A stretch of DNA of 52,793 nt from positions 1 to 52,793 of the IMG/VR virus record IMGVR_UViG_3300000530_000031; one strand, 5' to 3'. This DNA is from a virus. Lineage: Duplodnaviria > Caudoviricetes. Under the pieces are notes generated by a model. That model was not told the origin of the DNA, searched no databases, and saw nothing but the letters and a program-made list of their open reading frames with translations. Position numbers and translations under genes: made by a program. Below are positions 47,781-52,793 of the stretch, piece by piece. Numbering within the stretch: position 1 is the stretch's first letter; every line of letters begins with the position of its first letter.

Positions 47781-48155
47781 GTGGAAGAACATTACCAAAA
47801 ACTCTTATCTCAATACCCATTTATCAGCATCGTACACTACGGTGGTGTTGATTATGTAGGCATCATACAGAACAGTGATGAAGTGATCACTACTCTTTAT
47901 GACTTTGGTTTGCTCAAAGACGAGGAGACCAAACGACTGTTTCTAGAATTAGGGGAAACTTGGTGGTGGGAAAGCAATAGGTTGATACCTATCAATGTAT
48001 TTCTCAAGGCAGACTGGACTGTATTTAAACCCTGTTTACGTACTATGAACAGCAAGAATGTAGAGATAAAAATGGGGCCTTATGTCAGTTTGCGCGAGAT
48101 GGTTGCCAAGCGTACAAAACGTAAATCCATCACTTTAGTACGTAAAATCAACTGA
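47781..48155 (+). CDS. Conserved hypothetical phage protein
   Basis: YPF.S, Y.GIIQN and WWWESNR.IPI segments; fills a gap with no minus-strand ORF. Confidence 0.75.
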   Translation: MEEHYQKLLSQYPFISIVHYGGVDYVGIIQNSDEVITTLYDFGLLKDEETKRLFLELGETWWWESNRLIPINVFLKADWTVFKPCLRTMNSKNVEIKMGPYVSLREMVAKRTKRKSITLVRKIN

Positions 48156-48807
48156 TTAATTTAAGAAGTTCTTCTACAGTTAAACAACTCTTAGCACCTT
48201 TACTGCTGTTTTCTTTTGCTTCAAGTATTTGTAGATTTGCAGGATGATTTACTATTTCTGCAGGAAGGCCGGCATGCCATGCATCTAATACACTTAACTT
48301 ATGATCCACATGATATGTTTGCTGACCTAATATATAACCTTGCTCTCTTGCCCATTGTTGCGCTCGCTGTCTAATAGCACGAGCATAATGTCTATAGTCT
48401 CTTGCTTGTTCGGGTGTTAAGATTCCAAATTTTTCTCTTTTGGTTCTCGACATTTTTTGTACTACTTCTGCAACACCGCAACAATGCTCAAAGAATCTGT
48501 TTCGGGTTTCTTCTTTTCTTTGTTCTGCTTCTGGTCTTTGCCAATGCTCTGCTACACGTTCTGAATGCCTGCGTAGATATTCTGAACAATGTTGCACTAT
48601 TTTCTCACAAGAATATTTTCCATTAGTGTTTTTAAACTTAGCAGGTTTCCCGCAACCTTGGTCACACAACTGACCTGTAGGTATAGTCTCGTGGATCTTT
48701 TTATGATAGTGATACATCGATGGATTATTGCTTATATAATCGCAATGTTCACACTTGCGTGGGTAGTTTTGTTTTATCCAGTTGCTGTAATTTTTACTTT
48801 TTGGCAT
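48148..48807 (-). mobile_element. HNH homing endonuclease with N-terminal Zn fingers
   Basis: CEHC...H...H, C..GCG, and HVDH...NLQIL...EN..K. Confidence 0.8.
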
Positions 48808-48845
48808 AAAGTTATTTATGCCTACTTTAAAAAATCACACTCTGT

Positions 48846-49439
48846 TTAGAGGTACCCTGCGCTAATTTGTTCGCATATTAGATTCATATGTACTACCACA
48901 AGATGTGCGTAAGCACAACTATGACTTTTCTTAAAGAAATATGACCCATCCGCGGGCCTTTCCCAGACTGTTTTGGCTACTTCTTGCCAATCTAGTCCTA
49001 TTAAATGTCGCTTGGCAGGTCGTATAACACTTAAAAACATGGCTAGTCTAGGTATGGAATTGACAGGTTCGGGCATCCGTTGCAGTGTATCATAATGATT
49101 ACCTATGTGCACTAGCTGTTCAACGAATTCACGGGCCTGTAATAAATCCCACAAAGGTTCCTGTTCCATTAAAATCTGCAGATGTTTCTCACTCTTCACT
49201 TGATTGTAGATTCCGACATTTAACAGATCTAGTTTAAGATACCCACGATCTTCGGCTGCTTGATAATCGATGCTGGCTATACCTGTAAACGGATCTACAG
49301 GTATATCAGTTACATATATACCTGTATTGTGCTTGACTAATTTATCATCCCGGACGATACCTGCAGGATGATGTTTTATTAAGGCAAGTGCTCTATCCCT
49401 ATCAGCTAGATCAATGTCAATGTCAGATTTAAATTTCAT
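48846..49439 (-). CDS. Minimal DNA polymerase III alpha (DnaE)-like catalytic core
   Basis: DIDID, KH.TGIY, KLDLL, IRP and FKKSHS.AYA motifs in 197 aa. Confidence 0.8.
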   Translation of the reverse strand: MKFKSDIDIDLADRDRALALIKHHPAGIVRDDKLVKHNTGIYVTDIPVDPFTGIASIDYQAAEDRGYLKLDLLNVGIYNQVKSEKHLQILMEQEPLWDLLQAREFVEQLVHIGNHYDTLQRMPEPVNSIPRLAMFLSVIRPAKRHLIGLDWQEVAKTVWERPADGSYFFKKSHSCAYAHLVVVHMNLICEQISAGYL

Positions 49440-50376
49440 AGATATTCTCTATATGGGTTATCAATGCATCTGCAATTATTCTATTAGATTGTATTCCGGG
49501 ATGGAGATTATCTATACCAAAATCCACTAGATAATCTGCAAGTAAAAACCCGGGCACAAATTCAGGAAAATTATAAAAATAAGTCTGGTCTTCTAACGAA
49601 AATAATTCTTTGTTTTTATAATCTATTAACCAAAATACTAATCTTAATTCTTTTTCTCTAGCATATCTAATAGATATTTTTAATCGAGACAGTAGCTCAT
49701 AAAATAAAAAATCTTTATGATATATTTTTGTAAAAGCCTCTATGTCTTGTTTGTTTAACGAGGTGAACATCATATCTTTTTTATTTTTATTATCGTCAAT
49801 ATAACGTAATCTTTCTAACCCTGTCAATTGCAACACTACTATTTGATTTTTTTGAAAATCTAATTGTCCAAAGATGTCAAATGATCTGCTATTACTTCCA
49901 CCACCCATAGAAAGATTTACGCAGTTTTTTTTAAAATGTTTAGCTACTATATTAGCATATCGATTATTAACAGGACCAGGTAGAGCTGTCCCAGCAGTGA
50001 AGCTACATCCTAAAAAAACAATATCGTTGTCAGTTAAAGTTGGTAAAATATCATTCCATCTATATAAATCGAATTTAATTTCTTGAAAATTTTTAATGTT
50101 ACCGTACTTTAACTGATATTTTTTTAACCACTCTAATAGAGTAACGAACTCATTTAAATTCAAAAATTCAGTTTCTTTTGGAAATGTCCAAAATACCAAA
50201 TCGGCTGCTGATAATATTTCTTCTAGTTCAGAATCTGAACTGAATTCCTGTCGAGATGTATGCCCTATCGAATAGACTTGATTTATAGAATTTACTAATA
50301 CACTTGCATCAACATTAAAATTTTGATATGCTTTTGCTGTATTTTCATGATTACTACCTAAAAACAGTATTCTCAT
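49429..50376 (-). CDS. SGNH/GDSL-like hydrolase-fold protein
   Basis: GCSFTAG, NLS.GGGSN and DNLHPG motifs; AT-rich. Confidence 0.65.
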   Translation of the reverse strand: MRILFLGSNHENTAKAYQNFNVDASVLVNSINQVYSIGHTSRQEFSSDSELEEILSAADLVFWTFPKETEFLNLNEFVTLLEWLKKYQLKYGNIKNFQEIKFDLYRWNDILPTLTDNDIVFLGCSFTAGTALPGPVNNRYANIVAKHFKKNCVNLSMGGGSNSRSFDIFGQLDFQKNQIVVLQLTGLERLRYIDDNKNKKDMMFTSLNKQDIEAFTKIYHKDFLFYELLSRLKISIRYAREKELRLVFWLIDYKNKELFSLEDQTYFYNFPEFVPGFLLADYLVDFGIDNLHPGIQSNRIIADALITHIENIYEI

Positions 50377-51071
50377 AAGCCCGCCTTTTCTAAGATATCT
50401 TTAACCCACTCAGTATCGGCTAAATAATCACGGAATTTTTTCTGCCAATGATCCGGATCTATCCAAGACAATACCATAACAATCTGTTCTTCATTCAAAC
50501 TATCTAAGAATTCCACTCCGCTAGCACAGTTGTATACTACCCAGGGACTGATACGCCCAGTTGATATATGATAACATACTCTGTTGGCATTTGCATATCG
50601 GAAATAGTCCCGGAACCCATTGCGTAATTCTGTGTGTTCCTCGGCGTAGCTTTCCATTTCCTTGAGTGCACGCTCTAATGCATCCTGCACAGATTCCTTG
50701 CGCAGATATTCTGGTAACCATTCTGTATAAAAACTGTCCTTGCACCAATGATCTAGTTTCTTGTTATTCTTCAACAGCCAGTCTAGGTAACTAGAGAAAT
50801 TTACGCATCTTATGCTTTGGCAGTGCCTGCCAAATTTTACAAATGCATTGTAGTAAGGGCTTTCCGCAAAGTCTGCATAAGATTTAAGTTTAGCAGAGCC
50901 TTGTGTCGTTTCGTAGAATCTTAAGTATGCTTTTAAACCTAACTGTACACCAGTTTCTCGTTCCTGTTGCCAGCGTCGTTTGGGCTCACAGAGATGTGTT
51001 GCTAGTGTAGATTCTTTGCGGAATTCTTTAGCACAATACTTGCAAGCGTATTTTGTCTCTACCTCCATCAT
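50373..51071 (-). CDS. C2H2 Zn-finger-containing conserved phage protein
   Basis: CKYC.K.F..ESTL..HLC and GRISPW. Confidence 0.7.
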   Translation of the reverse strand: MMEVETKYACKYCAKEFRKESTLATHLCEPKRRWQQERETGVQLGLKAYLRFYETTQGSAKLKSYADFAESPYYNAFVKFGRHCQSIRCVNFSSYLDWLLKNNKKLDHWCKDSFYTEWLPEYLRKESVQDALERALKEMESYAEEHTELRNGFRDYFRYANANRVCYHISTGRISPWVVYNCASGVEFLDSLNEEQIVMVLSWIDPDHWQKKFRDYLADTEWVKDILEKAGL

Positions 51072-51772
51072 AATAGCTTATTATTTTCTAGATATCTCAT
51101 GAAATAATTATTTAAATGTATGTATTCTTCCCCATTATAATGCCTTGCATATTCTGGCCAACGGGCTTCAGGTTCCGCATATTTTGCTCCATGATCTCGT
51201 AAAAATAGATTGGCATTAAACTGGTCCAGCGGCACAATGTGTAGATTATTTTCAGCAATTTTTCGATATCGTGGGCTAACATCATCAAAATAATCTTTAT
51301 ATCTATACTCACAGAAGTTAAAGAATAAATGATTGATTTGTCGTTCTTTTAGATACCCACTGAGCATAATAAGATCTGTTATCAATTGATCGGCATAGGT
51401 TATATCTATATCATAGTCGTATAAGTTTTGCACAAACTTCTCTACTTGTGCCAATGAGTGTGTTTTATAAGTGTCGGTTTCCTGCAGATAATGATATTGG
51501 AGTCCGTGACTACCATATTGTATCCAACGGTCTTGATCTTTTTTATAGTCAACTAATGCCGACTCGTGTCTGCGTAAGAAAGTTAGCCCTAAGAGAACAA
51601 ATCCTATGTCATCATGGGTCTCAAGATATTCAACGGTAGTACGCACGATGCGACGATTGCTGCTACCACCTTTCGAAAGGCTAATCGCTTGATCGTATCC
51701 TAATTGTTTAGCTAGATTTTGTACAAGATAGTAATTATCAGAAAAAGAGCAACCGTTTAGTAATAAGTTCAT
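51068..51772 (-). CDS. SGNH/GDSL-like hydrolase-fold protein
   Basis: NGCSF, GGSSN.RI.RTT and a C-terminal His. Confidence 0.6.
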   Translation of the reverse strand: MNLLLNGCSFSDNYYLVQNLAKQLGYDQAISLSKGGSSNRRIVRTTVEYLETHDDIGFVLLGLTFLRRHESALVDYKKDQDRWIQYGSHGLQYHYLQETDTYKTHSLAQVEKFVQNLYDYDIDITYADQLITDLIMLSGYLKERQINHLFFNFCEYRYKDYFDDVSPRYRKIAENNLHIVPLDQFNANLFLRDHGAKYAEPEARWPEYARHYNGEEYIHLNNYFMRYLENNKLL

Positions 51773-52260
51773 AGTTCCCGCTTGATATCTTCTTTTGAAT
51801 AACCCATGTCTTCAGCTAACTGTTTTAGATCACTTTTATCATTTATCTTAGATAATAGCAATAATTCGTCATCTTTAGCAGTAGGGTATAGTTTACGCAG
51901 AAATTTAATAGATTTATTATCTGCAGTCTTCTTTTTTGGACTTATCCAACCGTGACGGAATTCTCCCATGCCTGGACTGACAGTAGTACAACTTAGCCAT
52001 TGTAACTGTGCGTGCCGGCTAGTGCTGATGTCAAAGAAATTTTTATTTAGGCGTTCGTTAGTACTCTGTAGATAGTAGCACTGTAGCATATAGTTCTCCT
52101 CTGCGCCCAGTGCGGGATTAGGTTCTACTGTGGATCCCCAGCGTATCATAAGAAAACTGCTGAATTTTTTGCGCTCTTCGTCTGACAGCTCTCGATAGAA
52201 ATTCCTATTCTTCCTATCAAACTGCCGCATTTCGTTACGAATATCTAGTTTATCGCTCAT
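51769..52260 (-). CDS. Probable clamp-loader small subunit (T4 gp62-like)
   Basis: KKFS.F...RW, N...N, H..LQ and W; size and replication-module context fit. Confidence 0.55.
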   Translation of the reverse strand: MSDKLDIRNEMRQFDRKNRNFYRELSDEERKKFSSFLMIRWGSTVEPNPALGAEENYMLQCYYLQSTNERLNKNFFDISTSRHAQLQWLSCTTVSPGMGEFRHGWISPKKKTADNKSIKFLRKLYPTAKDDELLLLSKINDKSDLKQLAEDMGYSKEDIKREL

Positions 52261-52405
52261 ATTTTAACCGATAGTAAAAAACAATTTTATCCAACTGCTC
52301 TTTCAACTCTAGATCTGTACGTGCATGTCTATGTATGTTGCTCCATAGTTGGTTATGTTTTATTTCAGCATGAAGATCGCCGGTTCTAACATTGTCTTCT
52401 GTCAT
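52250..52405 (-). CDS. Small hypothetical protein (not in the ORF track)
   Basis: MTEDNVRTGDLHAEIKHNQLWSNIHRHARTDLELKEQLDKIVFYYRLKYER; fills the gap with an ATGA overlap. Confidence 0.65.
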   Translation of the reverse strand: MTEDNVRTGDLHAEIKHNQLWSNIHRHARTDLELKEQLDKIVFYYRLKYER

Positions 52406-52695
52406 ACTGGATGCCATCCTGGTTTTTCTGTGTAATCACGTGTCAGCTCATATAGCATTTTAGCATGATCCAGTGCTTCTTGTAAAGCAGGGTTAGTCTC
52501 TGCTGCTATAGCCATATCTACTAGCTCAGTTACTTCTCTTATAGGGCGACCTAATATCTTGGGTTCGCTATCAAAGTCTCTGCCGATCTCAAAGCGATCA
52601 TGTGGGTGCGAGCCCGATTCTCGGGCGTAGACTACACCGCGATCTCGCTCGTATATATAAGTCACTCCGGGTTTTAATCTACCAGATTTTGCCAT
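52402..52695 (-). CDS. Hypothetical protein
   Basis: Start at the ATG of MAKSG; LKPG.TYIYER..G..YARE. Confidence 0.65.
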   Translation of the reverse strand: MAKSGRLKPGVTYIYERDRGVVYARESGSHPHDRFEIGRDFDSEPKILGRPIREVTELVDMAIAAETNPALQEALDHAKMLYELTRDYTEKPGWHPV

Positions 52696-52792
52696 AGTCA
52701 ATAACCTCGCTTTGCCTGCTGATCTCTTTAATAAAGTATGCACAAAGTGGACTTTCTCCTTCGGAGAGCGGAACTGCTAATAGTTGCCCAGG
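52679..52792 (-). CDS. 3' end of a hypothetical gene (partial)
   Basis: Open frame PGQLLAVPLSEGESPLCAYFIKEISRQSEVIDYGKIW* from the window edge. Confidence 0.6.
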   Translation of the reverse strand, partial: PGQLLAVPLSEGESPLCAYFIKEISRQSEVIDYGKIW

Positions 52793-52793
52793 T

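Noticed and set aside
1299-51639. Numerous plus-strand and nested ORFs in the track
   Set aside because: They lie antisense to or inside well-supported genes and have no motifs or RBS. Only 35965..36609 and 47781..48155 are accepted on the plus strand.
1-52793. CRISPR array, tRNA, rRNA or tmRNA genes
   Set aside because: No regularly spaced repeats or cloverleaf/T-loop signatures were seen, and intergenic gaps are short. This was by eye only.
1-52793. Stop-codon reassignment
   Set aside because: Conserved genes are full-length in the standard code, and TAA, TAG and TGA all terminate genes at sensible positions.

Overview
This is a 52.8-kb segment of a large T4-related (myovirus-like) phage genome. 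It is densely coded and almost entirely on the minus strand, with both sigma70-type promoters and T4-late-type TAAATA promoters. The core modules are: replication (gp41-like helicase, gp61-like primase, gp62-like clamp-loader subunit, a very short DnaE-like polymerase core), nucleotide metabolism (nrdA, nrdB, glutaredoxin), repair and nucleases (UvsE, DEDD and PD-(D/E)XK exonucleases), virion proteins (tail fibres, PAAR, SleB-type hydrolase) and four homing endonucleases. The left end is a host-envelope/accessory island: cytochrome c4, a Spy-like protein, a CcoS-like protein, a curli-type secretion operon, a betaproteobacterial-type porin, an Asr-like peptide, ClpS, Hsp20 and bS21. The most notable features are: (1) nrdA split into two separately translated genes with oppositely charged docking tails and no intron or intein; (2) a conserved, covarying RNA-like leader in front of two GIY-YIG genes; (3) respiratory-chain genes on a phage; (4) promoters sitting in the loops of start-codon-sequestering hairpins; (5) a ligase/nucleotidyltransferase/kinase/GNAT cluster with capsid-targeting-like N-termini; (6) an unannotated ArfA-like ORF. 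All assignments come from reading motifs by eye; no database searches were run.
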